A DNA stretch of 64,000 nucleotides from the NCBI GenBank assembly GCA_018656645.1, contig JABHZL010000121.1:3182-67181 (forward strand), in the 5' to 3' direction. This DNA is from Phycisphaerae bacterium (GTDB lineage: Bacteria; Planctomycetota; Phycisphaerae; Phycisphaerales; SM1A02). Position numbers and translations under genes: made by a program. The notes beneath the pieces were generated by a model, which saw only the letters and a list, made by a program, of their open reading frames with translations, made no database searches and was not told the DNA's origin. Below, piece after piece: positions 54,613-63,560 of this stretch (positions are counted from its first letter, which is position 1; every line of letters begins with the position of its first letter).

Positions 54613-56058
54613 ATGAGTGAAACTCCATGGACAGTCTTACTATTTACTAGCGATCTTCTCCTCAAAATTTTCATGATCTTTGTGGTTCTCTTACAACGTA
54701 AAAAAACCCCGTCTGCAAAACTTGCATGGATTTTGTTGCTTGTCGCATTGCCGTTTGTTGGTTCTGCTATTTACTTATTAGTTGGCACAACTCGACTTGG
54801 TGCGCTGAGAAGAAAGCGACACAAAGAAATTTTAAAAGTTATTCCTTCTGGTTACGCTTCACATTGTCCAGATGAAGGGCACGCACCCACTTGTGTCGTA
54901 CATGAGTACCAACCAATCGCAAGCATTGCCGAAGCCGTTGGCGCTTCGGCTGTAATTGGCGGGAATATAGCTGATTTATTCGGTGATTCAGAAAAAATGA
55001 TCGATTCTCTTACAAAAGATATTGATGAATCAACGTCGCATTGTCATGTACTTTCTTACATTATGCTTGACGATCTTGCAGGGGAAAAAGTAGCAAACGC
55101 ATTATCTAAAGCAGCCTCACGTGGAATACATTGCAGACTTCTTCTTGACGCTGTTGGTTCTAAGGATTTTCTTCGTTCAACGACCTGTAAAAAATTAAAT
55201 GAATCAGGTGTGCGCATTACTCAAGCACTCCCGGCAAATATTTTGAGAGCTACTCTCGTTCGTCTTGACTTACGTAATCACCGAAAAATTGCAGTAATAG
55301 ATAACGCAATTGGATATGTCGGTAGCCAAAATATAGCTGAGCCATCGTTTGCTCTCAAACCAAAATTCGCACCTTGGATTGATGCATCAGTTCGACTTGT
55401 TGGCCCTGCTGTTAGAGAACTTCAGGCAGTTTTTGTCCAAGATTGGTTCATGGATAGTGATGAAAATTTATCATCACTTCTGCAAGAACCTGTTGAAACT
55501 GTCGAAGGTGGATTCCCCGTTCAATTCATGGCCACAGGGCCAAATAGCAATAACCAAGCATTGCCCGATTTATTACAGACAGCATTTCATAGCGCCAGAG
55601 AAGAGCTTATCATTACAACACCATATTTTGCTCCCGACACTTCAACAGAATCTGCACTTCGAATTACAGCGAATCGTGGTGTTGACACGCACCTTGTACT
55701 ACCCGCTCGAAATGACTCTCTGTTGGTCGCAGCAGCGAGCAGAAGTCGATTTGCAAGGTTGATGGATGCAGGAGTACACATCCACGAGTTTCATGGCGGA
55801 TTACTACATGCAAAGACAATGACGATCGACAAAAGTCTTGCTTTAATTGGATCTGCAAATTTAGATAGAAGAAGTTTAGAATTGAATTTTGAAATCAGCA
55901 TGCTTGCATACGACAGCGATTTTGCGAGTCATTTACGATTTTTACAGCAATCGTATATTGACCGTTCTACGCTCCTTGCAGACAAAACCGTCACTGATTG
56001 GACAATTGGTAGAAGGCTCTGGCAGCACGCAGTGGGGTTAATAGCACCTATTTTGTGA
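54613..56058 (+). CDS. cls: Cardiolipin synthase (PLD superfamily, two HKD motifs)
   Basis: There are two N-terminal TM helices. The HKD motifs are HRKIAVIDNAIGYVGSQN and HAKTMTIDKSLALIGSANLD. The track ORF starts at GTG 54598, and I prefer the ATG at 54613. Confidence 0.88.
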   Translation: MSETPWTVLLFTSDLLLKIFMIFVVLLQRKKTPSAKLAWILLLVALPFVGSAIYLLVGTTRLGALRRKRHKEILKVIPSGYASHCPDEGHAPTCVVHEYQPIASIAEAVGASAVIGGNIADLFGDSEKMIDSLTKDIDESTSHCHVLSYIMLDDLAGEKVANALSKAASRGIHCRLLLDAVGSKDFLRSTTCKKLNESGVRITQALPANILRATLVRLDLRNHRKIAVIDNAIGYVGSQNIAEPSFALKPKFAPWIDASVRLVGPAVRELQAVFVQDWFMDSDENLSSLLQEPVETVEGGFPVQFMATGPNSNNQALPDLLQTAFHSAREELIITTPYFAPDTSTESALRITANRGVDTHLVLPARNDSLLVAAASRSRFARLMDAGVHIHEFHGGLLHAKTMTIDKSLALIGSANLDRRSLELNFEISMLAYDSDFASHLRFLQQSYIDRSTLLADKTVTDWTIGRRLWQHAVGLIAPIL

Positions 56059-56167
56059 AAATGGGTAATTTCTACGGTTTAAATGGCAATTCATGGCAAC
56101 TTTCATCAATAATCGTACGTAATTAATCCTTAGACCGAAGCCAAATCGGGTCGATGAGAACGTATAG

Positions 56168-56890
56168 ATGCACCTCTCAATTGGTTTAACAACTCTGACA
56201 ACGATCCTAGCCACGACCAACTTGGTTTATGGAGATTATTTGACCATCGATACAGTGAATGGCTCTTTTGACCTTGAGGCAGGCCAAGTCAACGGTATCC
56301 TTGGTGGGAACGATCATGCATTCACGATGAGTGACCGCGATATTCTCGCTCAAATTTTGCAAAATGACGGGATTGAAACTGAGGGGCGGTTGTCTTTTTT
56401 GCTCGCGAGTACAGATTCTGGAACATCTTTAATCAGCATGTTTGGTGGGGCAAATCCAAATGACCCATTTGGCAGTAACCCAGATCAGTACATTGGCATT
56501 TCTGCAACAACTGGGTCAAACACCGATTGGTTTGCTGGTGGTGACACTGGTTCTGATATTGACTGGTACGACATGGGGAACGACACCCAACTTGTCACCG
56601 CCCTACTCACGTGGGATGAGGGGCAAACTTCAGCAGGATTTGCGTGGAGCGACGTCAGAGCGGCACATAATGGAACGACCAACCTCTACGATGTTGATTT
56701 CACCGAATACGCACCTGATCCAATTCAGTTCATCACATATGGTGACGAGGGTTGGTCTATAGCAGAGCAGGCAGCATTCTCAGTTCTTGGGCAGTATGCA
56801 TTTTCGCATCAATTTGTCCCAGCACCGGGTGCGATTGCACTGCTTGCACTTGCCGGCCTTGGAGCTGGTCGCAGGCGTAGACGCGCATAA
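56168..56890 (+). CDS. PEP-CTERM sorting-domain protein
   Basis: It has a signal peptide, and the C-terminus VPAPGAIALLALAGLGAGRRRRRA is the PEP-CTERM anchor pattern (VPxP, then a hydrophobic helix, then an Arg cluster). Confidence 0.8.
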   Translation: MHLSIGLTTLTTILATTNLVYGDYLTIDTVNGSFDLEAGQVNGILGGNDHAFTMSDRDILAQILQNDGIETEGRLSFLLASTDSGTSLISMFGGANPNDPFGSNPDQYIGISATTGSNTDWFAGGDTGSDIDWYDMGNDTQLVTALLTWDEGQTSAGFAWSDVRAAHNGTTNLYDVDFTEYAPDPIQFITYGDEGWSIAEQAAFSVLGQYAFSHQFVPAPGAIALLALAGLGAGRRRRRA

Positions 56891-56918
56891 ACAACTGCTA
56901 CCACACATGTTATATACA

Positions 56919-56952
56919 ATGGGGTCTGTCCCCCACTCTGTCCCCATGTGTG
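56919..56952 (+). repeat. Two more copies of TCTGTCCCC inside an ATGGGG...CCCCATGTGTG element
   Basis: The element reads ATGGGGTCTGTCCCCCACTCTGTCCCCATGTGTG, with copies at 56925-56933 and 56937-56945. It resembles 350-372 (ATGGGGTCTGTCGCCATGTGTGG). Confidence 0.75.
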
Positions 56953-56979
56953 CCTCCATTTGGGTGGTACGATGCCTAA

Positions 56980-57657
56980 ATGCCAACCAAACTTACATTT
57001 CATGGACAATCTGCCTTTACGATCGAAAATGGGACACACAGCCTTTTGATCGATCCGTTTTTTACTGACAACCCCGTTGCGAAAATCGCCGCAGCTGATG
57101 TCAAATGCACACATATTGCAATTACACATGGGCATTTCGATCACTTCGCCGACTGCGAAGGTATTGCAAAAGCTAACGATGCGACTGTCTTTGCAGCCTA
57201 CGAAATCTGTGATTACCTTGGCGAACAAGGGCACGATAAATGTGAACCGGGTAATCCCGGCGGTCGTATCGAAACTGAATTTGGTGCAATCTCTTTTACC
57301 CAAGCATTTCATTCTTCGAGTTTCAATGGCAAATACATGGGAATGCCTTGTGGGCTTGTCGTCGAATTCGATGGCGCAGTGTTCTACCATGCAGGTGATA
57401 CCGCACTATTTTCCGATATGGAACTCATTGGTGAAATTTATAAACCAGATATTGCAATGCTGCCAATTGGTGATCGGTTTACCATGGGTCCAGAAATGGC
57501 GGCTGTTGCTGCCGAAATGATCGGTGCTCCAAGCGCTATTCCCATGCACTACAACACATGGCCGCCAATCGAAGTTGATGTCACAAAATTCTCCCCTGAG
57601 GGCATCGATGTTCTTGTCATGGAACCAGGTGATGCAGTCGAGTTAGAAACCGAATGA
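56980..57657 (+). CDS. UPF0173-family metal-dependent hydrolase (metallo-beta-lactamase fold)
   Basis: MPTKLTFHGQSAFTIENGTHSLLIDPFFTDNP, ITHGHFDHFAD, YHAGDTALFSDM, LPIGDRFTMG and IPMHYNTWPPI are present. Confidence 0.85.
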   Translation: MPTKLTFHGQSAFTIENGTHSLLIDPFFTDNPVAKIAAADVKCTHIAITHGHFDHFADCEGIAKANDATVFAAYEICDYLGEQGHDKCEPGNPGGRIETEFGAISFTQAFHSSSFNGKYMGMPCGLVVEFDGAVFYHAGDTALFSDMELIGEIYKPDIAMLPIGDRFTMGPEMAAVAAEMIGAPSAIPMHYNTWPPIEVDVTKFSPEGIDVLVMEPGDAVELETE

Positions 57658-59336
57658 CAACTGCTGACTTTCTCCTTCAGAATTGTCAACTCGTTGATGT
57701 CACAACTCGAACGATTCTCAAAAAAGACATTGGAATTAAGAACGGTTGCTTCACTTTCGATGCATCTGAAGCAATAGAAACTATCGACCTCGATGGAGCA
57801 CTTGTTGCACCCGGACTGATCGATGCGCACATGCATGTCGAATCTACTATGTTGCCTCCATCAGGTTTTTGCAATCTTGCTCTGCCTCATGGCACAACCT
57901 CTGTGGTTCTTGACCCACATGAAATTGCAAATGTCCTAGGAATTCCAGGTATCAAACTCATCATGGATGATGCAAAAGAACTTCCAATGGATTGCTTCTT
58001 TGCCGCTAGTTCTTGCGTTCCTGCTTCCCCTCTTGAAACCAGCGGCGCAACACTTCTTGCTGATGACCTTGAACCACTGTTTGATGATAACCGCGTCATT
58101 GCCCTCGCAGAAATGATGAACTTTCCTGGTGTTATTCACGATGATCCAGAAGTACATAAGAAAATTCAAATGGGACTGCGTTATGGAAAAGTAGATGGAC
58201 ACTGTCCGGGACTCCGAGGAAAAGATCTTCTCAAATACATCGCTTCTGGAATTTCAAGCGACCACGAATCAACAACTGCAGAGGAAGCGCAAGAAAAACT
58301 TGACGCTGGCTTGCAAATTTACATTCGTGAAGGAAGTGCTGCCAGAAATTTAGAAGCCCTCTTGCCAATTGTCACTCCTGAAAATGCGCACAAAATTTGT
58401 TTCTGCACTGATGACCGACACCCAGCAGATTTAAAAAACGAAGGGCATATTGATCACATCATTCGCAAAGCAATCACACTTGGCCTTGACCCAGTTCTCG
58501 CAATCTGTATTGCAACAAAGAATCCTGCAGATCATTATGCGTTACACAACCTCGGTGCGATTGAAGAAGGCAAATATGCAAATTTCATCATCTTCAATAA
58601 TCTGCACCAATTTCACGTGAAACAAACTTGGCATCGTGGTGTGCTTGTCGCCGAAAATGATGCGATGAAATCCATTTGTACATCAAACACAAATTGGAAA
58701 GCTGCAATAAACAGTGTACACCTTCCAAAACAAATTGACGAAACTTCCTTTTCGATTAAAGCGCAAGGGGAAACAATTCGAGTCATTGAACTCAATCAAG
58801 GGCAACTTATTACAAATGAACTTCACCTTCCTGCATCTATTAAAGATGGGTACTACGTAGCTGACACTAGCCGAGATATCCTCAAAATGGCAGTCATCGA
58901 AAGGCACCACAACACAGGAAACATTGGGCTAGGTTTTGTGCACGGTTTTGCCTTCTCTGGAGGTGCAATTGCATCAACAGTAGGACACGATGCTCACAAC
59001 ATTGCTGTCGTAGGCGATTGTGACAGTGACATGGAACTAGCTGCACAAACTCTGAGTCCCGAGGGTGGATTATGTGTTGTTGCACATGGAGAAATCAAAG
59101 CGTATCTTCCACTTCCAATTGCAGGGCTAATGTCCAATGAAGATGCTACCCAAGTCATACAAAAGCAACACGCGGTCCTGCAAGCAGTGCGTTCAATGGG
59201 CTGTCCTATCGATGATCCCTTCATGCCATTGAGTTTCCTCCCACTGTCGGTCATCCCAACATTAAAACTTACTGACCTTGGTCTCGTCAATGTAGATACA
59301 TTTGCTATCGTGCCTATTTCCGTATGCCACGCCTAA
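57654..59336 (+). CDS. ade: Adenine deaminase
   Basis: GLIDAHMHVESTML, HGTTSVVLDPHEIANV, LAEMMNFPGV, VDGHCPGLRGKDL, ISSDHES and IREGSAARN are present. The start overlaps the upstream stop (ATGA). Confidence 0.85.
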   Translation: MTTADFLLQNCQLVDVTTRTILKKDIGIKNGCFTFDASEAIETIDLDGALVAPGLIDAHMHVESTMLPPSGFCNLALPHGTTSVVLDPHEIANVLGIPGIKLIMDDAKELPMDCFFAASSCVPASPLETSGATLLADDLEPLFDDNRVIALAEMMNFPGVIHDDPEVHKKIQMGLRYGKVDGHCPGLRGKDLLKYIASGISSDHESTTAEEAQEKLDAGLQIYIREGSAARNLEALLPIVTPENAHKICFCTDDRHPADLKNEGHIDHIIRKAITLGLDPVLAICIATKNPADHYALHNLGAIEEGKYANFIIFNNLHQFHVKQTWHRGVLVAENDAMKSICTSNTNWKAAINSVHLPKQIDETSFSIKAQGETIRVIELNQGQLITNELHLPASIKDGYYVADTSRDILKMAVIERHHNTGNIGLGFVHGFAFSGGAIASTVGHDAHNIAVVGDCDSDMELAAQTLSPEGGLCVVAHGEIKAYLPLPIAGLMSNEDATQVIQKQHAVLQAVRSMGCPIDDPFMPLSFLPLSVIPTLKLTDLGLVNVDTFAIVPISVCHA

Positions 59337-59355
59337 GAAAAGAAATTGATAATTC

Positions 59356-60216
59356 ATGAATATCGCACTAGTTACTTGTAACGATTTGCCGGGGTGGGAA
59401 GTTGATGACAAACCTCTCATTGAATCACTCAAAAATCTTGGCGCAACTGTGCATTTGCCAATTTGGAATTCAGGCATTGATTGGAATCAATTCGACATCT
59501 CCGTCATTCGAACGACTTGGGATTATCACTCCCAAAAAGAGGAGTTCGTCCAATGGTGCCAATCAGTTCCACGGCTATTTAACAACGCAAATATTGTCGA
59601 ATGGAACACGCATAAATCCTATCTACACGAACTTGAACTATGCGGCGTAGCGATAGCAAAGACTGCTTGGATTAACGCAAACGAACAAGTTGATCTTGAA
59701 AATTTGTTACATCAATTTGAAACTGACAAAGGTTTTATAAAACCACAAGTTGGCGCATGTGCCTCAGACACTCTTCGTTTTACACTTAAGAACATTGAGG
59801 AAGCACAAGAATTTCTCAATGCACAACTGCATCAAGACATGATGGTGCAGCCGTACATAGAAAGTGTTGAAACAACAGGTGAACTTTCTGCAATTTTTAT
59901 AGACGGTAAATTCACGCACGGCGTGCAAAAAATTCCAGTGAAAGGTGATTATCGAGTTCAAGATGATTTTGGTGCAAGTGATGTTCCCTACAATTTTTCT
60001 CAATCTGAAATAGAAAATATGTATATAACATTAGAAAAAGTCCCAGAATACGCTTCACTTCTTTACGCACGCTTCGATTATCTCCGTAGCGACGATGGCA
60101 CTTTGCTTCTCAATGAACTCGAACTCGTCGAACCATCTTTATTCTTCAGGCATTGCAAAGAAACTGCCAATGAGTTCGCCAATGCCATTGTCAAACGAGT
60201 TATGATGTTGCAATGA
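59356..60216 (+). CDS. ATP-grasp domain protein (RimK/glutathione-synthetase-like), function unknown
   Basis: The C-terminal half, MVQPYIESVETTGELSAIFIDGKFTHGVQKIPVKGDYRVQDDFGAS...YARFDYLRSDDGTLLLNELELVEPSLFF, has the ATP-grasp pattern. Confidence 0.6.
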   Translation: MNIALVTCNDLPGWEVDDKPLIESLKNLGATVHLPIWNSGIDWNQFDISVIRTTWDYHSQKEEFVQWCQSVPRLFNNANIVEWNTHKSYLHELELCGVAIAKTAWINANEQVDLENLLHQFETDKGFIKPQVGACASDTLRFTLKNIEEAQEFLNAQLHQDMMVQPYIESVETTGELSAIFIDGKFTHGVQKIPVKGDYRVQDDFGASDVPYNFSQSEIENMYITLEKVPEYASLLYARFDYLRSDDGTLLLNELELVEPSLFFRHCKETANEFANAIVKRVMMLQ

Positions 60217-60935
60217 AACAATGCTACGTTATTGCTCTGCTCTTAACTGTAGGTTGCACCTCACCCATAGAGCAAAAACCGATCAATCAAGCGATTGAGG
60301 GTACAGATATCACAATTGAAATGATGCCTGTGCGAACTGTCGATGGATATTTTTGGATTTCTCAAACCGAAGTAACATGGGATCTATATGACATCTTTTT
60401 ACAGTTCATTAACAGTCCAGACAATTTACACGCCGGCGTCGATGCCGTAACTGGTCCGACTCCCGCCTACGCCTCTGTTGATCGAGGGTTCGGCAGAACC
60501 GGCTATCCTGCAATTTCTATGTCATATCAGGCTGCAGAAGCGTTCTGCAGTTGGCTTTCAACAAGAACTGAACGCACATATAAGATCCCAACGATCGAAC
60601 AATGGGAACTTGCCGATGTTGCTGATGGCGGAGCTTGGCACCGATGGAACAGCGAGAAAACCACCCACCCTGTTGCAACTGAAGAGCCAAACTCGCTTGG
60701 CATCTATGACATGCGGGGTAATGTTGGCGAGTGGGTTAATACAAATAATGGCCCTCGCGTTATTGGTGGTAGTTTTAGAACACCGGCAGAAGAATTAGGT
60801 TCTAATAGTATATTAGAAGCAGAAAAAAGTTGGAATGTAACCGACCCGCAATTACCCCGAAGCCCTTGGTGGTTTGCAGATGCTGACTATGTTGGACTAC
60901 GCCTTGTAATGAAAGATGAAGATAAGAATGAGTGA
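60213..60935 (+). CDS. Formylglycine-generating-enzyme (SUMF1/FGE-sulfatase) domain lipoprotein
   Basis: The lipobox is LLLTVGC. Also present are AEAFCSWLSTRTERTYKIPTIEQWELA and SLGIYDMRGNVGEWVN. The start overlaps the upstream stop (ATGA). Confidence 0.78.
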   Translation: MKQCYVIALLLTVGCTSPIEQKPINQAIEGTDITIEMMPVRTVDGYFWISQTEVTWDLYDIFLQFINSPDNLHAGVDAVTGPTPAYASVDRGFGRTGYPAISMSYQAAEAFCSWLSTRTERTYKIPTIEQWELADVADGGAWHRWNSEKTTHPVATEEPNSLGIYDMRGNVGEWVNTNNGPRVIGGSFRTPAEELGSNSILEAEKSWNVTDPQLPRSPWWFADADYVGLRLVMKDEDKNE

Positions 60936-62205
60936 ATTTACACGAAGAGAATTTGTTAAAAAAGCAACCGCCGCAACAGCGATTACGGCTACAACTCTTC
61001 CCGTTTGGGCTATTCCAGAGAAGCGAGATCCTGTAAAAATCGGATTGATTGGCTGTGGAGGTCGCGGGACTGGCGCAGCAAATCAATCACTCACTGCAAA
61101 TGCAGACGCAGTGATTTGGGCAATGGGCGATGCATTCCAAGATCGACTTACTTCAAGTGCTGACACACTCAAGAATGAACAAGGTGATCGCGCAGTTGTT
61201 CCAATGGAACGTCGATTTGTTGGGTTCAATGCCTTTCAACAAGTGATCGACTCTGGTGTGGATATGGTCATATTGACAACACCACCACACTTTAGGCCTG
61301 AACATCTCGCTGCTGCAGTCAAAGCAAAGAAACATGTCTTTTGTGAAAAACCAATGGCAGTTGATGGCACTGGTGTTCGCAGCGTTATAGAATCAGCAAA
61401 ACTTGCAAAAGAAAATGATACAAATCTAATGTCTGGATTTTGTTGGCGTTACGCACCAGCAATGCGAGCGACGTACGGACATTTGTTGGGTGGATCGATC
61501 GGTGATATTCGCTCGGTTTTTGCTACCTACTACACCGCGCCGCTTTGGACTAAAGCGCGTAAGGAGAGTTGGAGCGACATGGAATGGCAGATGCGAAACT
61601 GGGTTCATTTTGATTGGCTTGGTGGAGATCACATTGTTGAACAAGCGTGTCACTCTGTTGACAAAATCAATTGGGCAATGAACAATGCTACGCCAATCAC
61701 TGCAACCGCTATTGGTGGTCGTGAAATGCGAGAAGGCCCTGAATCTGGAAATGTGTTTGATCACTTTGGTGTTGTCTATGAATATGAAGATGGACGCCGA
61801 GCACAACTGCATTGCAGACAGATGCCATTTTGCTACAACGACAACAATGACTACATCGTTGGATCAACAGGCACGTGTACTGTGAACAGTTGGACTGGAT
61901 CACCTGAAATTGTTGGACCAACACCGTGGGAATACACTGGTGAAAAACCAAACATGTACCAAGTTGAGCATAACGAACTACACGATGCCATTCGTGGCAA
62001 TCGTGCAACCATCAATGATGGCCACTTCATGGCACAATCGACCATGATGGCGATCCTCGGTCGCGAGGCTGCATACACCGGCCAGAAGGTTGCGTATAAC
62101 GACGCCTTGAACAGCACGACACACTTGGGTCCGTCCAAATACGAATTTGGTGAACTTGCCACTCCACCTATTCCTGAGCCGGGTGAGACCAAACTCAATC
62201 GGTAA
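60928..62205 (+). CDS. TAT-exported Gfo/Idh/MocA-family oxidoreductase
   Basis: The twin-arginine signal is MSEFTRREFVKKATAATAITATTLPVWA, and the Rossmann motif is KIGLIGCGGRGTGAA. An alternative ATG lies at 60916. The gene overlaps the upstream gene end. Confidence 0.85.
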   Translation: MSEFTRREFVKKATAATAITATTLPVWAIPEKRDPVKIGLIGCGGRGTGAANQSLTANADAVIWAMGDAFQDRLTSSADTLKNEQGDRAVVPMERRFVGFNAFQQVIDSGVDMVILTTPPHFRPEHLAAAVKAKKHVFCEKPMAVDGTGVRSVIESAKLAKENDTNLMSGFCWRYAPAMRATYGHLLGGSIGDIRSVFATYYTAPLWTKARKESWSDMEWQMRNWVHFDWLGGDHIVEQACHSVDKINWAMNNATPITATAIGGREMREGPESGNVFDHFGVVYEYEDGRRAQLHCRQMPFCYNDNNDYIVGSTGTCTVNSWTGSPEIVGPTPWEYTGEKPNMYQVEHNELHDAIRGNRATINDGHFMAQSTMMAILGREAAYTGQKVAYNDALNSTTHLGPSKYEFGELATPPIPEPGETKLNR

Positions 62206-62206
62206 C

Positions 62207-63550
62207 TTATCCTTTTGCTTGCAGCGACTTCACACTCGGGTAGAAGAGAAACATAAGTACAAGGCAGGCAAGTGCTATCCACATGGGAACTGAGAAGAGT
62301 ACGCTGTAATCCATCTTGCCATCAACCATTGCCCATTCTCCAACAACGGCAGTAGCAAACAAACTTCCAACAATGATTCCAACTCCAACTATTACAAGGT
62401 TGAAGAAATTTTGCGCAGTGGCTCGAACATCTTTGGAACAATACTCATCAACCACCATGAATGCGACAAAGATGAAGCATCCAAAGCAAAGACCATGCAA
62501 TGCCACACCGAAGATCACGGGAACGAGTGTTGGAAAATATGAAAAAATTGCCATTCGCAATCCATACGCGACAAGACCTGTGCAAAGTAGGGTTTTCTTA
62601 CTGAACTTCACAGCAAGGATTGGCATACATGCAAGTACAACTATTTCACTCATTTGACCAATCGTCATAAGTCCCCCGCCACCAACCCCAAGAATAGTAT
62701 TTATGCCGCTTGCGAAGGAATTTGCCGCATTACTTCCAGCGCTGTTTTGAATACCTGTCACAAAATCACTCGTAAAGACAAAATAGAATTGATGAATGAC
62801 GCTCACTGGGACAGCAATCAGGAATAAAGTGACGAGCGGCTGAACACTAATTTCTCGTAAAGTTTCAAGCCATGCAAAGCGATCCTTTTGATTTTGCGTA
62901 GGTGGTGTATGCGGGAGTGTTAAACAAAAGAAACCCATGATGACACCAAGAACCGCACTCACAGTAAACGCTATTGCTCGCCCTGCATCTTGGGCTGCAG
63001 TAATTTCTTCAATAGGGACATCGACTGGTGTTGACCAAATTCGCAAATATTGCCCCACTGCTATCCCTGCTGCAATCCAACCAACTGTACCCCATAACCG
63101 AACCTTCCCAAAATCGCGATCGCGATTGGGAAGATGGTGAAACGCTAGCGAATTTGTGAGTGCAATTGTGGGTGCGTAAACAAATCCATACACACCAGAA
63201 AGAATTGCAAACGGAACGAAGGTCTCCGTTGTACCAAGCATGTAGACAAGTACAGCACCGAGTAAATGGCTTATACATAACAATTTCTCAGTTGAGATTA
63301 CTCTGTCAGCAAGTTGCCCAGCGATGAATGGTCCAAAGATTGCACCAATTGCACCAGCTGAAAGACATAGACCTGTTTCTGTTAATGAAAATTCTCTGTA
63401 GCCAAGGAGGAATGGATACAAAATTGGCAACCACGCTCCCCAAATTGCAAATTGCAAAAACATCATAACTGAAAGTCGTGGTAATAAAAAAGCAGAATTG
63501 TTTTTAGAGTTTTGTGTCATGGGTTCATTGTAGTTTGGAATAAACACCAT
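62207..63550 (-). CDS. MFS transporter, nucleoside:H+ symporter-like
   Basis: It has 12 predicted TM helices. The N-terminal LSVMMFLQFAIWGAWLPIL resembles the NupG/XapB-family signature. The start is uncertain (63550 or 63520). Confidence 0.7.
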   Translation of the reverse strand: MVFIPNYNEPMTQNSKNNSAFLLPRLSVMMFLQFAIWGAWLPILYPFLLGYREFSLTETGLCLSAGAIGAIFGPFIAGQLADRVISTEKLLCISHLLGAVLVYMLGTTETFVPFAILSGVYGFVYAPTIALTNSLAFHHLPNRDRDFGKVRLWGTVGWIAAGIAVGQYLRIWSTPVDVPIEEITAAQDAGRAIAFTVSAVLGVIMGFFCLTLPHTPPTQNQKDRFAWLETLREISVQPLVTLFLIAVPVSVIHQFYFVFTSDFVTGIQNSAGSNAANSFASGINTILGVGGGGLMTIGQMSEIVVLACMPILAVKFSKKTLLCTGLVAYGLRMAIFSYFPTLVPVIFGVALHGLCFGCFIFVAFMVVDEYCSKDVRATAQNFFNLVIVGVGIIVGSLFATAVVGEWAMVDGKMDYSVLFSVPMWIALACLVLMFLFYPSVKSLQAKG

Positions 63551-63560
63551 GCGGGATTGT

